NCBI GenBank assembly: GCA_051715425.1
Contig: JBPXJS010000041.1
Coordinates: forward strand, 336,360-400,359
Reading direction: 5' to 3'
DNA: 64,000 nucleotides
Origin: Bacteroidota bacterium
GTDB taxonomy: Bacteria; Bacteroidota; Bacteroidia; UKL13-3
How positions within the stretch are numbered: the first letter of the stretch is position 1; every line of letters begins with the position of its first letter. The position numbers and the translations under genes were made by a program. Shown here one piece after another: positions 1-8,760 of this stretch. The notes under the pieces were generated by a model. The model ran no database searches, had not been told where the DNA came from, and saw only the letters and a program-made list of their open reading frames with translations.

Positions 1-690
1 ATACTTGCCGGTATGAAGTATGCCACCGGAGATTGCAATGTGGTGATCACAGCAGACCTTCAGGATCCTCCGGAGCTTATGGTAAAAATGTATGAACATT
101 GGGTGCGGGGAATAAAACTTGTTATTGCTAACCGCACAGACCGGGAAGATCCTTTTTTTTCAAAATTATTTGCACTCCAATATCAGAAACTCATCAAGAA
201 ATATGCCCTTAAAAACCTGCCTGAAGGGGGATTTGATTATTGTCTTTTCGATAAACAACTGCGTACCCAGGTTGTGGAAATGAATGAAACCAATACCAAT
301 TCTCTCTACCTTCTCCTGTGGCTCAAATACGATTATGTTTCCATACCGTATACCAGAAAAAAAAGAAGTATCGGAAAATCTTCGTGGACTTTTCAAAAAA
401 AGCTCAAACTCTTTATCGATTCTTTTGTTTCCTTTTCTTACGCCCCTTTAAGATTAATAACTATTATTGGCCTGCTGCTTGGTCTGCTTTCATTTATATA
501 TGCCCTGTATGTTATTTTTGCCAGACTAAGCGGCCTCATTGAAGTTCAGGGATGGACCACCATGATGGTGGTCTTCCTTCTTGTTTCTTCTTTTCAAATG
601 ATGGCATTGGGTATTATGGGAGAATATCTTTGGCGAAATCTGGAATCATCCAGAAAAAGACAGGCTTTTATTGTTGATGAAGTGATATGA
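1..690 (+). CDS. Family 2 glycosyltransferase, C-terminal part (N-terminus lies upstream of the window). Dolichyl-phosphate / undecaprenyl-phosphate sugar transferase-like with C-terminal transmembrane helices.
   Basis: The in-frame ORF runs from base 1. A GT2 DxD-type motif ITADLQDPPE appears near the window start. The tail is hydrophobic (LLLGLLSFIYALYVIFA, MMVVFLLVSSF), as in ArnC/DPM1-type GT2 enzymes. Confidence 0.65.
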   Translation: MLAGMKYATGDCNVVITADLQDPPELMVKMYEHWVRGIKLVIANRTDREDPFFSKLFALQYQKLIKKYALKNLPEGGFDYCLFDKQLRTQVVEMNETNTNSLYLLLWLKYDYVSIPYTRKKRSIGKSSWTFQKKLKLFIDSFVSFSYAPLRLITIIGLLLGLLSFIYALYVIFARLSGLIEVQGWTTMMVVFLLVSSFQMMALGIMGEYLWRNLESSRKRQAFIVDEVI

Positions 691-1193
691 AGAGTGAGCA
701 AAAATGGTATGTTCTTTATACCAATCCAAGAGCCGAAAAAAAAGTTGCTCAGGAACTTATTAAACACCAATATGAGTACTATCTCCCTTTGTTAAAAACA
801 TTAAAACATTGGAGCGACCGGAAAAAATGGGTAGAAGAACCCCTGTTTAAGTCTTACATTTTTGTAAAAACAAACCTGGAATTACACTATTACCACCTGC
901 TCAATATGTATGGTGTAGTAAAATTTATCAGAATTGGCAGTGAAATAGCCACTATCCGTGAAGAACAACTATTGGATATTAAACTGGGCCTGGAACAAAC
1001 AACCGATATTGAGTTAAGTTCAGATAAAATAGTAAATGGTTCAAATGTTGAAATTATTGCCGGCCCTCTTAAAGGCAAAACCGGATTGGTACTGGAAAGA
1101 CGCGGGAATAAATATTTTTCCATTGAAATTGAACAATTAGGCACCTTTATGCTCATTGCAATACCATCTAACTACTTAAAAATCAATGAGTAG
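687..1193 (+). CDS. UpxY-family (NusG-paralog) transcription antiterminator.
   Basis: 168 aa. NGN-like N-terminus (WYVLYTNPRAEKKV) and a C-terminal KOW-like segment (VEIIAGPLKGKTGLV). Typical first gene of Bacteroidota polysaccharide loci. The ATGA start overlaps the upstream stop. Confidence 0.8.
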   Translation: MKSEQKWYVLYTNPRAEKKVAQELIKHQYEYYLPLLKTLKHWSDRKKWVEEPLFKSYIFVKTNLELHYYHLLNMYGVVKFIRIGSEIATIREEQLLDIKLGLEQTTDIELSSDKIVNGSNVEIIAGPLKGKTGLVLERRGNKYFSIEIEQLGTFMLIAIPSNYLKINE

Positions 1194-1305
1194 TAGCTAA
1201 AATGATCAGATCTGGGATACCGCTATAACAGATATTTAAATCCTACTGGTTTTACCCTTATATTTCGAATAATTTATTTGCAAAATTCATAGCGGAGAGC
1301 TATTA

Positions 1306-1326
1306 TTGAGTAATTTTTCTACTCAA
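1306..1326. promoter_or_regulatory. Perfect 7-bp inverted repeat TTGAGTA-N7-TACTCAA in the 171-bp gap upstream of the HTH regulator. Candidate operator or hairpin.
   Basis: Read directly: ttgagta atttttc tactcaa. It is preceded by a Bacteroidota-like TTTG ... TAttaTTG element (about 1280-1310). Confidence 0.3.
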
Positions 1327-1364
1327 TCTTTAACATAGTCATTTGTGACTCACGGGGCGAAGCT

Positions 1365-1928
1365 ATGTTACATCCAGAAATAACCCGGTATTCAGGCATG
1401 CTTGATACACTTATCACATCTAAAACAAGAATAAAGTTGCTGCTTAAGTTTTTCCTTAATGGGAAAACCTCTTCTTATCTGCGCAATCTGGAGAGTGAGT
1501 TTGGTGAAAGTTCGAATGCCATACGCCTGGAGTTGAATAAATTTGAAGAAGCTGGTTTATTGCATACCACACTCGAAGGAAACAAAAAATTATTTAAAGC
1601 CAATACGCAACATCCGTTGTTTAAGGATATACATAATATTTTATTAAAATATACCGGCCTTGATCAGATTCTTGAAAAAATTATTCATAAACTCGGTGAG
1701 GTAGATAAAGTATACCTTGTTGGGGAGTTGGCACATGGGTTAGACAGCCCCATTATTGACCTTATTTTGGTTGGCGATATAAACAAATCCTATCTGATGC
1801 AACTCACAGAAAAGGCAGAGAAAATTGTAAAAAAGAAAATCAGGTATATCATTTATACTGCAAAAGAGGTTTCCGGAAATGAAGCCTCTGTTTTACCTAA
1901 GCATCACTTAATCTTATGGACAAGATAA
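1365..1928 (+). CDS. Winged-helix (ArsR/MarR-like HTH) transcriptional regulator with a C-terminal nucleotidyltransferase-like region. It occupies the position usually held by UpxZ.
   Basis: HTH segment SSYLRNLESEFGESSNAIRLELNKFEEAGLL. The C-terminal VYLVGELAHGLDSPIIDLILVGD resembles a minimal nucleotidyltransferase fold. Confidence 0.45.
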   Translation: MLHPEITRYSGMLDTLITSKTRIKLLLKFFLNGKTSSYLRNLESEFGESSNAIRLELNKFEEAGLLHTTLEGNKKLFKANTQHPLFKDIHNILLKYTGLDQILEKIIHKLGEVDKVYLVGELAHGLDSPIIDLILVGDINKSYLMQLTEKAEKIVKKKIRYIIYTAKEVSGNEASVLPKHHLILWTR

Positions 1929-2938
1929 ATTCTCCATATACCATTGCTGAGATAGGTCAGGCACACGAGGGTAGTCTGGGTATACTTCATTCCTACATTG
2001 ATGCATTGGCTGAAACCGGTGTAAACGCGGTAAAATTCCAAACACATATTGCAGAAGCGGAGAGCAGTGAACATGAGCAATTCAGGGTAAAATTCAGTTA
2101 CGAGGATGCCACTCGTTTCGACTACTGGAAAAGAATGGAGTTTACCCCGGAACAGTGGGCCGGAATAAAACAACATTGTGAAGATAAACATCTCGAATTT
2201 ATTTCATCCCCCTTTTCAATTGCTGCAGTTGAACTTCTGGAGAAATTGAATGTAACCAAATATAAAATCGGTTCAGGTGAAGTTTCCAATCTGCTTATGC
2301 TTGGTGTAATTGCCAAAACCGGGAAAGATATCATGCTTTCATCAGGGATGAGTTCCTACACTGAGCTGGATGCAACAGTAAACTTTATCAAGCCATTTGG
2401 GAATAACCTCTCTGTTTTGCAATGCACCACTTCCTACCCTACTAAACCAGAGCAATGGGGGCTTCAAGTGATTAGCGAGTTAAAGCAAAGGTATCAGATT
2501 CCTGTTGGTTTCTCTGATCATTCAGGTGATATTTTTGCCTGCCTGGCAGCCACCACGCTTGGTGCCGAAATTTTGGAGTTTCATACCGTTTTTGATAAAC
2601 GAATGTTCGGCCCTGATACAAAATCGTCTCTCACTATTGACGAAATAAAAACCCTTGTTTCAGGAATCAAAGCCATTAGCAAATCCATTCACACAAAAAC
2701 CGATAAAAACAATACTGAACCATATACCGGATTAAAAGTGTTGTTTGAAAAGTCACTTGCTGTTAATAAACCTTTAAAGGCCGGACAAACAATTAACGCC
2801 AGTGATCTGGAGTCAAAAAAACCAAAAGGGCACGGAATACCTGCCAATAAATACCAAAGCGTGGTGGGGAAAAAACTAAAACATGATTTAAAACAATGGG
2901 ATTTTCTAACAGAAGCTGATATATCTGATGAACAATAA
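1916..2938 (+). CDS. NeuB-family nonulosonic acid synthase (N-acetylneuraminate or legionaminic acid synthase-like, copy 1) with a C-terminal SAF domain.
   Basis: IAEIGQAHEGSL, VKFQTH, KIGSGE and GFSDHSGD motifs of PEP-dependent NeuB/PseI/LegI aldolases. The C-terminal SAF-like region is KPLKAGQTINASDL. Confidence 0.8.
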   Translation: MDKINSPYTIAEIGQAHEGSLGILHSYIDALAETGVNAVKFQTHIAEAESSEHEQFRVKFSYEDATRFDYWKRMEFTPEQWAGIKQHCEDKHLEFISSPFSIAAVELLEKLNVTKYKIGSGEVSNLLMLGVIAKTGKDIMLSSGMSSYTELDATVNFIKPFGNNLSVLQCTTSYPTKPEQWGLQVISELKQRYQIPVGFSDHSGDIFACLAATTLGAEILEFHTVFDKRMFGPDTKSSLTIDEIKTLVSGIKAISKSIHTKTDKNNTEPYTGLKVLFEKSLAVNKPLKAGQTINASDLESKKPKGHGIPANKYQSVVGKKLKHDLKQWDFLTEADISDEQ

Positions 2939-4088
2939 AAGAAAAGTATGTGTGGTGGTTACAGCAAGGCCAAGCTATAGCCGTATAAAAACCGCATTAA
3001 AAGCTATTCAGGAACACCCGGAGCTTGAATTACAATTGGTAATTGCAGCCTCTGCCCTGCTTGATCGTTATGGCTCTGCGGTAAACTACATTGAACGTGA
3101 TGGTTTTGAGATAGCTGCAAAAGTTTTTAATGTACTCGAAGGGGAGAACCTTACCGCAGCTGCTAAAACAACAGGTATCGGCATACTTGAACTTTCCACG
3201 GTATTTGACAACCTTTCACCTGATATTGTTGTTACAGTAGCCGACCGTTTTGAAACAATGGCCACAGCTATCTCTGCATCTTATATGAATATCCCCCTTG
3301 CGCATGTGCAGGGAGGAGAGGTAACAGGTAATATTGATGAAAAAGTAAGGCACGCCATCACCAAACTTGCCGATCTGCATTTTGTAGCATCGCCACTTGC
3401 AAAAGAAAGAGTAATAAAAATGGGAGAAAACCCGGAAAAAGTATTTCTTACCGGATGCCCGTCAATTGATCTTGCCGAAGAAATTTTACAATCAGGTCAT
3501 ATGGATTTTAATCCATTTGAAAGATACGGGGGAGTGGGAAAAAATGTTGATCTGAAAAATGGATACCTGGTAGTGATGCAGCATCCCGTTACCACCGAGT
3601 ATGATCAGTCAAGAAAACACATCGAAGAAACCCTTGAAGCCATTTACCAGTTGCAACTGCCAACACTCTGGTTTTGGCCTAATGTAGATGCAGGGTCTGA
3701 TGGAACATCAAAAGGGATCAGAACATTCAGGGAGTTTCGCGATGCATCCAATATCCATTTTTTCAAGAATATGGAGCCCCATCATTTCCTTAAACTACTT
3801 AAAGGAAGCCATTGCCTCATCGGTAACTCAAGTGTGGGTATCCGGGAATGCGCTTACCTTGGCGTACCTGTGGTAAACATTGGAAGCAGGCAGGCTGGAA
3901 GAGAACGTGGGCATAATGTGATTGATACGGATTATGAAACCTCCCAGATTAAAGCGGCTATTGAAGAGCAGATAAAACACGGGCATTATAAGCCAGATAA
4001 AATTTACGGTGACGGAACCTCAGGTTTACAGATTGCAAAGCTTCTGGCATCTCAACCATTAACATTCGATAAAAAACTATATTATTGA
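2928..4088 (+). CDS. UDP-N-acetylglucosamine 2-epimerase, NeuC/LegG-like (probably the hydrolysing type).
   Basis: 386 aa. It follows the NeuB-like gene. Epimerase_2 motifs are VVTVADRFETMATAI, HVQGGEVTG, GNSSVGIRE. Confidence 0.8.
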   Translation: MNNKRKVCVVVTARPSYSRIKTALKAIQEHPELELQLVIAASALLDRYGSAVNYIERDGFEIAAKVFNVLEGENLTAAAKTTGIGILELSTVFDNLSPDIVVTVADRFETMATAISASYMNIPLAHVQGGEVTGNIDEKVRHAITKLADLHFVASPLAKERVIKMGENPEKVFLTGCPSIDLAEEILQSGHMDFNPFERYGGVGKNVDLKNGYLVVMQHPVTTEYDQSRKHIEETLEAIYQLQLPTLWFWPNVDAGSDGTSKGIRTFREFRDASNIHFFKNMEPHHFLKLLKGSHCLIGNSSVGIRECAYLGVPVVNIGSRQAGRERGHNVIDTDYETSQIKAAIEEQIKHGHYKPDKIYGDGTSGLQIAKLLASQPLTFDKKLYY

Positions 4089-4089
4089 T

Positions 4090-4836
4090 ATGCTGGAAGT
4101 TTCGGTTAAAGGATTAACATATCACAGGTTTCTGGCAAAAACAGTTGTACCGGAAGATACCCTCCCTCTTAAAAATAAATTCGATTACTCCTTTATCGTA
4201 GCATACGAACACTTTACCGATCCCGATTATCATTGCATAGATAAAAATGCCTGCGTTATTGATCTGAGTATGGGTGCTGAAGCTGCATTTGCAAATTTTA
4301 ATTCAACAAGCAGAAATGAGGTAAGACGCTCGGAAAAAATAAGTGAGCTTACTTTTACAACAGGATATGAAACATTCGGATTTGATACGTTTTTTGAATT
4401 TCACAAAAATTGTGAGCATGACCGTGACTGGTTTCCTGTTCCTCCAGATGAATTAAAAAACAGTCTTCTTTTTTCGGCTTCCTTCAATGGAATGTTGATA
4501 GCAGGAATGAGTTGTTACACACATGAAAATTTTATCCGTGTAGGACGAATTTTTTCAAATAAACGTTCAAAAAAATCCGAAGTACTTACCAATCTCGTAT
4601 ATGGATGTGCCTCCAAAAGGATTGTTTATGAAATCTGTAAATATGGTGCAGCTAACGGATTTTCCCAACTCGATCTTGGAGGGGTTGACCTTAATGATCC
4701 GGCAAAATCAGGCATTTCACAATTTAAGCTTTCCCTTGGATCAAAGGTTATACCGGTAAAACTGGCAAGGTGGTCAAACGATCATTTTAAAACAAATGAA
4801 CACGTAATCAGAGATAATGGATGGGATCTTACCTAA
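4090..4836 (+). CDS. FemAB-family-like (GNAT-fold) acyl or aminoacyl transferase, hypothetical.
   Basis: C-terminal GISQFKLSLGSK resembles the FemAB-family G-x-x-FK-x-x-FG end motif. No other recognisable domain. Confidence 0.35.
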   Translation: MLEVSVKGLTYHRFLAKTVVPEDTLPLKNKFDYSFIVAYEHFTDPDYHCIDKNACVIDLSMGAEAAFANFNSTSRNEVRRSEKISELTFTTGYETFGFDTFFEFHKNCEHDRDWFPVPPDELKNSLLFSASFNGMLIAGMSCYTHENFIRVGRIFSNKRSKKSEVLTNLVYGCASKRIVYEICKYGAANGFSQLDLGGVDLNDPAKSGISQFKLSLGSKVIPVKLARWSNDHFKTNEHVIRDNGWDLT

Positions 4837-4846
4837 TTCAAAAAAC

Positions 4847-5860
4847 ATGGTAAAAAAATTGTACCTGCTGGGTGGAGGAGATTTTGTGTGGGAATTGCTT
4901 ACTTGGGCCACCAATGAAGGAATTAAAACAACTGCCATTACAAACCAAGCCCAGGCCCAAAAACAAATTAGCGCAACAGGTTTGTCCTTTCAGGATAGCC
5001 TGAACCAGCAACATATTCCTGCAGTGTTTACAGATCATGCTGAAGAAATAAAACGGGATGATTCTTATACTGCAGAAGAGTGTCTTTACATTTCATACGG
5101 AGCTCCCTGGATTTTAACCAAAGACATACTGACAAATACTTTCCATGGACGCCTTCTGAATATACACGGAACCAGATTACCTAAAGACCGGGGAGGAAAC
5201 ATTTTTACCTGGCAGATTCTATCAGGTTTAAGAACAGGAATGTGCCTTATACATCAAATGACTGAGCAAATCGATCAGGGTCCGGTTATTGCTTGGGACG
5301 AATTCATTTATCCGGCATCCTGCAGAATCCCGGCCGACTACATTTCATACTACGAAAGCAGGAATTTATCATTCCTTAAAGAATTTATTAAGAAGGAAGA
5401 GTTCTCTCTGGCTCCTACATTTGCTCAACCGGAATATCTGTCTACCTACTGGCCCAGGGTACTGGCAAATGTGCACGGATGGATAAACTGGGAACTGGAA
5501 GCAACGGATACAGAAAAATTTATTTGCGCATTTGATAAGCCATATGGTGGAGCCAGGTGCCGCTGGAATAACCAGGTGGTGATTATAAGGGATACCTACA
5601 GTCAAACCTCAGATGGGAAAACGCATCCGTTTCAACATGGACTCGTTTACAGAAATAATGGGAAATGGCTAAATGTATGCACAAAAGGGGGTGAACTCCT
5701 TATTTGTGATATAAGGGACGAGAAAGGGAATGATTTGCTTTCAAAAATAAAACCTGGAGACAGGCTTTATACACTTCCAGAAGATATAATCTCAACCTTC
5801 CAGCGTGTGGTAAAACAAAAAGATGGGCTTGTTACAAAAAAAATTGATCATCACCGATGA
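4847..5860 (+). CDS. Formyltransferase-domain protein (Fmt/ArnA-N-like, long form with a C-terminal extension). Putative sugar N-formyltransferase.
   Basis: LLNIHGTRLPKDRGGNIFTWQILSG and IHQMTEQIDQGPVIAWDE match the HxSLLPxxRG / DxG core of formyl transferases. Start set at MVKKLYLLGGG (the track ORF starts at 4817). Confidence 0.6.
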   Translation: MVKKLYLLGGGDFVWELLTWATNEGIKTTAITNQAQAQKQISATGLSFQDSLNQQHIPAVFTDHAEEIKRDDSYTAEECLYISYGAPWILTKDILTNTFHGRLLNIHGTRLPKDRGGNIFTWQILSGLRTGMCLIHQMTEQIDQGPVIAWDEFIYPASCRIPADYISYYESRNLSFLKEFIKKEEFSLAPTFAQPEYLSTYWPRVLANVHGWINWELEATDTEKFICAFDKPYGGARCRWNNQVVIIRDTYSQTSDGKTHPFQHGLVYRNNGKWLNVCTKGGELLICDIRDEKGNDLLSKIKPGDRLYTLPEDIISTFQRVVKQKDGLVTKKIDHHR

Positions 5861-6786
5861 AACTATTGGCCGTTAATTTTCATTATTACCGCAACGATGT
5901 ATATCATTCAGGAATTTATCCGGTAAGTCATGCCGCATTTGCACACCAAATAGAGGTACTTTCAAAGCATTATACTTTTGTTAGCCAATCTGAAATTAAC
6001 TTATGGATTGCCAACGATCATTATCCGGAAGGGAATTATTGTGTAATTACTTTTGATGATGGGTTAAAGGAGCAAATGAATGCCTTTTCCTGGTTGAAAC
6101 AAAATGGCATTCCTGCTATATTTTATGTGGTAACCCAACCTCTGCTTGAAGAAAAAGTGTTGCCGGTAAATAAGCTTCATTACATACGAACCCGCCTCAC
6201 CGATTCTGAACTGATTTCACTTATTGAAAATGAATATCCTGAAAAAGTAAAACATATTGATACCCATGCCGCAGAACAACAATACAGGTACGATAATGAA
6301 GAAGGCAGAAAAATCAAGTACTTGTTGAACTTCGGATTGGAAGAACATGAAAAAACGCTTATTCTGAATCAGTGTTTTCAGAATCTGGTTGATGATGAGG
6401 GAACTTTTGCCAGACAATTATACATGAACAAAGAAGACCTTATTGAATTGGCTAAAGAAGACATGCTCGGAGCACATGGTCACCAACATTTGCCCCTTGC
6501 ACAGGTAAAATACGAAACTGCTCACCATGATATCTTAACTTCCATAACCCTTATAGAAAACATGACCAATTTACCTGTTACGTCTTTCGCATACCCATAT
6601 GGAAGCAAAGTGGCAGTTAATGAATCTTTGCTCTCTATTTTTTCCGAGACAAATGTAAAATTTGCATTTACGATGTGGAGAGGTATGAATATATCCACAT
6701 CAGAAATTAATCCGATGCTGCTAAAAAGAATTGACACGAATGATGCACCTGGAGGTAAAGACAACTCTGACGAGTTTTTACCTTAA
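5857..6786 (+). CDS. Polysaccharide deacetylase (NodB homology domain, CE4 family).
   Basis: VITFDDGLKEQ NodB motif 1. AHGHQH and FAYPYGS motifs follow downstream. Confidence 0.65.
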   Translation: MKLLAVNFHYYRNDVYHSGIYPVSHAAFAHQIEVLSKHYTFVSQSEINLWIANDHYPEGNYCVITFDDGLKEQMNAFSWLKQNGIPAIFYVVTQPLLEEKVLPVNKLHYIRTRLTDSELISLIENEYPEKVKHIDTHAAEQQYRYDNEEGRKIKYLLNFGLEEHEKTLILNQCFQNLVDDEGTFARQLYMNKEDLIELAKEDMLGAHGHQHLPLAQVKYETAHHDILTSITLIENMTNLPVTSFAYPYGSKVAVNESLLSIFSETNVKFAFTMWRGMNISTSEINPMLLKRIDTNDAPGGKDNSDEFLP

Positions 6787-6792
6787 TCAACC

Positions 6793-7728
6793 ATGAGAAT
6801 ACTTATTGCCGAGACAAAGGACTTTAGTCGCGAAACTGTTATACTGCTGAATAAAACATTCGAAGTGGATGTGAGGGATATTGAGTCTGAAGAGGTTCCT
6901 TTAGTACTTGATCAATATGATGTATTCTGGTTCAGGTTAAAATATAAACTTACCTCAGATATTATCCTTAACAGCAATAAATGTAAGTATATCATTTGTC
7001 CGGTTACCGGGCTTGACCATATAGATATCGAGGCCTGCAAAATAAAAGGAATCAACATTATCAGCCTTAAGGGAGAAACCGCATTTCTCCGGGAGGTGCG
7101 TGCTACTGCTGAGCATACCATTGGGTTAACACTTTCTCTGCTCAGGCAAATTCCGGCCGCTGTACGTTCCGTTCAAAATGGAATCTGGAACAGGGATTTG
7201 TTTAAAGGAAATGAGATTTATGGTAAAAAGGTAGGAATACTTGGTGTTGGCAGATTGGGCAAAATCACCGCATCGTACTTTAAGTGTTTTGGTGCAGAGG
7301 TCTACGGTTATGATATCAGCCCTGTTGATGCATCAACCTGTACCCCGGTTTCTTCGATGGATGAGTTATTTGCAAGTACAGACATTATAAGCATTCATGT
7401 GAATCTGAATGACGCTACTCACCATTTGGTGACGAAAAAACAACTGGCATTAATGAAGCCAGGTAGCTTTCTTATTAATACATCAAGGGGAAGTATTATT
7501 AAAAGTGAAGATCTGATCTGGGCACTGGAAGAGCAAAAACTGGCAGGTGCAGCCATTGATGTTATTGAAAACGAATTTAACCATAAAACCGATCTCCTTA
7601 CTCAATATGCCGCAGCGAACAAAAATCTGATCATCACCCCCCATATTGGTGGTAATACCTGGGAATCATTCGCGAAAACGGAGTTGTTTGTTGCAAACAA
7701 ACTACTTAAGCTTACAGATAACAATTAA
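6793..7728 (+). CDS. NAD-dependent D-isomer-specific 2-hydroxyacid dehydrogenase (glycerate / phosphoglycerate dehydrogenase-like).
   Basis: GILGVGRLGKITA Rossmann motif. NTSRGSIIKSEDLIWALEEQKLAGAAIDV and IITPHIGGNT are catalytic-domain motifs. Confidence 0.8.
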   Translation: MRILIAETKDFSRETVILLNKTFEVDVRDIESEEVPLVLDQYDVFWFRLKYKLTSDIILNSNKCKYIICPVTGLDHIDIEACKIKGINIISLKGETAFLREVRATAEHTIGLTLSLLRQIPAAVRSVQNGIWNRDLFKGNEIYGKKVGILGVGRLGKITASYFKCFGAEVYGYDISPVDASTCTPVSSMDELFASTDIISIHVNLNDATHHLVTKKQLALMKPGSFLINTSRGSIIKSEDLIWALEEQKLAGAAIDVIENEFNHKTDLLTQYAAANKNLIITPHIGGNTWESFAKTELFVANKLLKLTDNN

Positions 7729-7735
7729 TCCAATA

Positions 7736-8758
7736 ATGAAACTAGCGTTAATAGGACTTGGCCCTCATGGACTCCGTTTATTGGAGGCAGCAAAGAGAAT
7801 AAGTCAAATTACAACTGTTGCCGTCATTGACAGAGATGAGCAAAAATTAAACCTGCCTCAGGTAGCGGAAATTCCTCATAGGTTAAACGACCTCTCCTTG
7901 TTATGGACCAATCAAATTCAACCCGATATCTTGCTTATTGCAACAAATGGTCCGTCACACGCCCCCATTGCACTTGAAGCAATGGATCATGGGGTTAGCT
8001 ACTTGCTCATATCAAAACCTCTTGCCTGCACCACTGAAGACTGTATAAACCTGCTGGAGAAGTCTAAACAAAAAAATATTCGTATTGCTGTAGATCATGC
8101 CATAAGATATGATGATACATATAACTGGATTAAAAGTCAAATATCATCAGGTTCCTGGGGTGACATAAAAAGTATATATATACAGCGCCCTGGCATAGGA
8201 TTAGGTTGTCTTGGCGTTCACTCTATTGACATTGCCAATTTCTTAATGGAAGAACTTCCAGAAACGGTTACGGGATGGATAGATAAACCATACAATATTA
8301 ACCCCCGCGGTGCTGAATTTATAGACCCGGGAGGATTGGTAGTGCTAAACTACAGCAAAGAAAAACGCGCTGTTATTTCTCAAATTGAAACAGGATCAGG
8401 CCCTATGAGCGTGGAAATAATCTGTAATTATGCCAGAATTAAAGTTGACGAAAAATTTGGTCAACTTGAAGTTGTTTCCAGAGATAAAAATTATAAAGCC
8501 GGGCCTGGGAATCCGGTTCCATATATGAAAGAAATAAACCCGCATAACCAACCCGTTAAACATGATCTTATTCTTTTGATGGAAACTACAATACGGGATT
8601 TGTTAGAATCAGAAAATCCAAAAGCTGATACAGAAGCAGGACTAAACGCTGTTGCTATTCTTGCAGCAAGCTATCTTTCCCATCAGAATGGCAATACCCC
8701 TTACCCTTTTCCGCTTCATAAAGGCGAAGATCTTAAACTATTTTTACCCATTACCTGA
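7736..8758 (+). CDS. Gfo/Idh/MocA-family NAD(P) oxidoreductase.
   Basis: MKLALIGLGPHG N-terminal Rossmann. Start moved to an internal ATG just after the upstream stop (the track ORF starts at 7646). Confidence 0.65.
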   Translation: MKLALIGLGPHGLRLLEAAKRISQITTVAVIDRDEQKLNLPQVAEIPHRLNDLSLLWTNQIQPDILLIATNGPSHAPIALEAMDHGVSYLLISKPLACTTEDCINLLEKSKQKNIRIAVDHAIRYDDTYNWIKSQISSGSWGDIKSIYIQRPGIGLGCLGVHSIDIANFLMEELPETVTGWIDKPYNINPRGAEFIDPGGLVVLNYSKEKRAVISQIETGSGPMSVEIICNYARIKVDEKFGQLEVVSRDKNYKAGPGNPVPYMKEINPHNQPVKHDLILLMETTIRDLLESENPKADTEAGLNAVAILAASYLSHQNGNTPYPFPLHKGEDLKLFLPIT

Positions 8759-8760
8759 GA

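Noticed and set aside
153-160. Poly-A/T runs of 8 inside coding regions (e.g. T8 at 153-160, A8 at 357-364, 10323-10330, 35975-35982, 51757-51764, 57987-57994) as phase-variation tracts
   Set aside because: A/T octamers are frequent and are expected by composition in this AT-rich sequence. They encode Lys/Phe runs. Only the single G8 tract at 19517-19524 stands out statistically.
1194-1364. tRNA or small RNA gene in the largest intergenic gaps (1194-1364, 60265-60448, 61202-61387)
   Set aside because: There is no cloverleaf-compatible sequence (no GTTCRANYC T-loop box and no acceptor-stem complementarity). These regions look like promoter/leader DNA.
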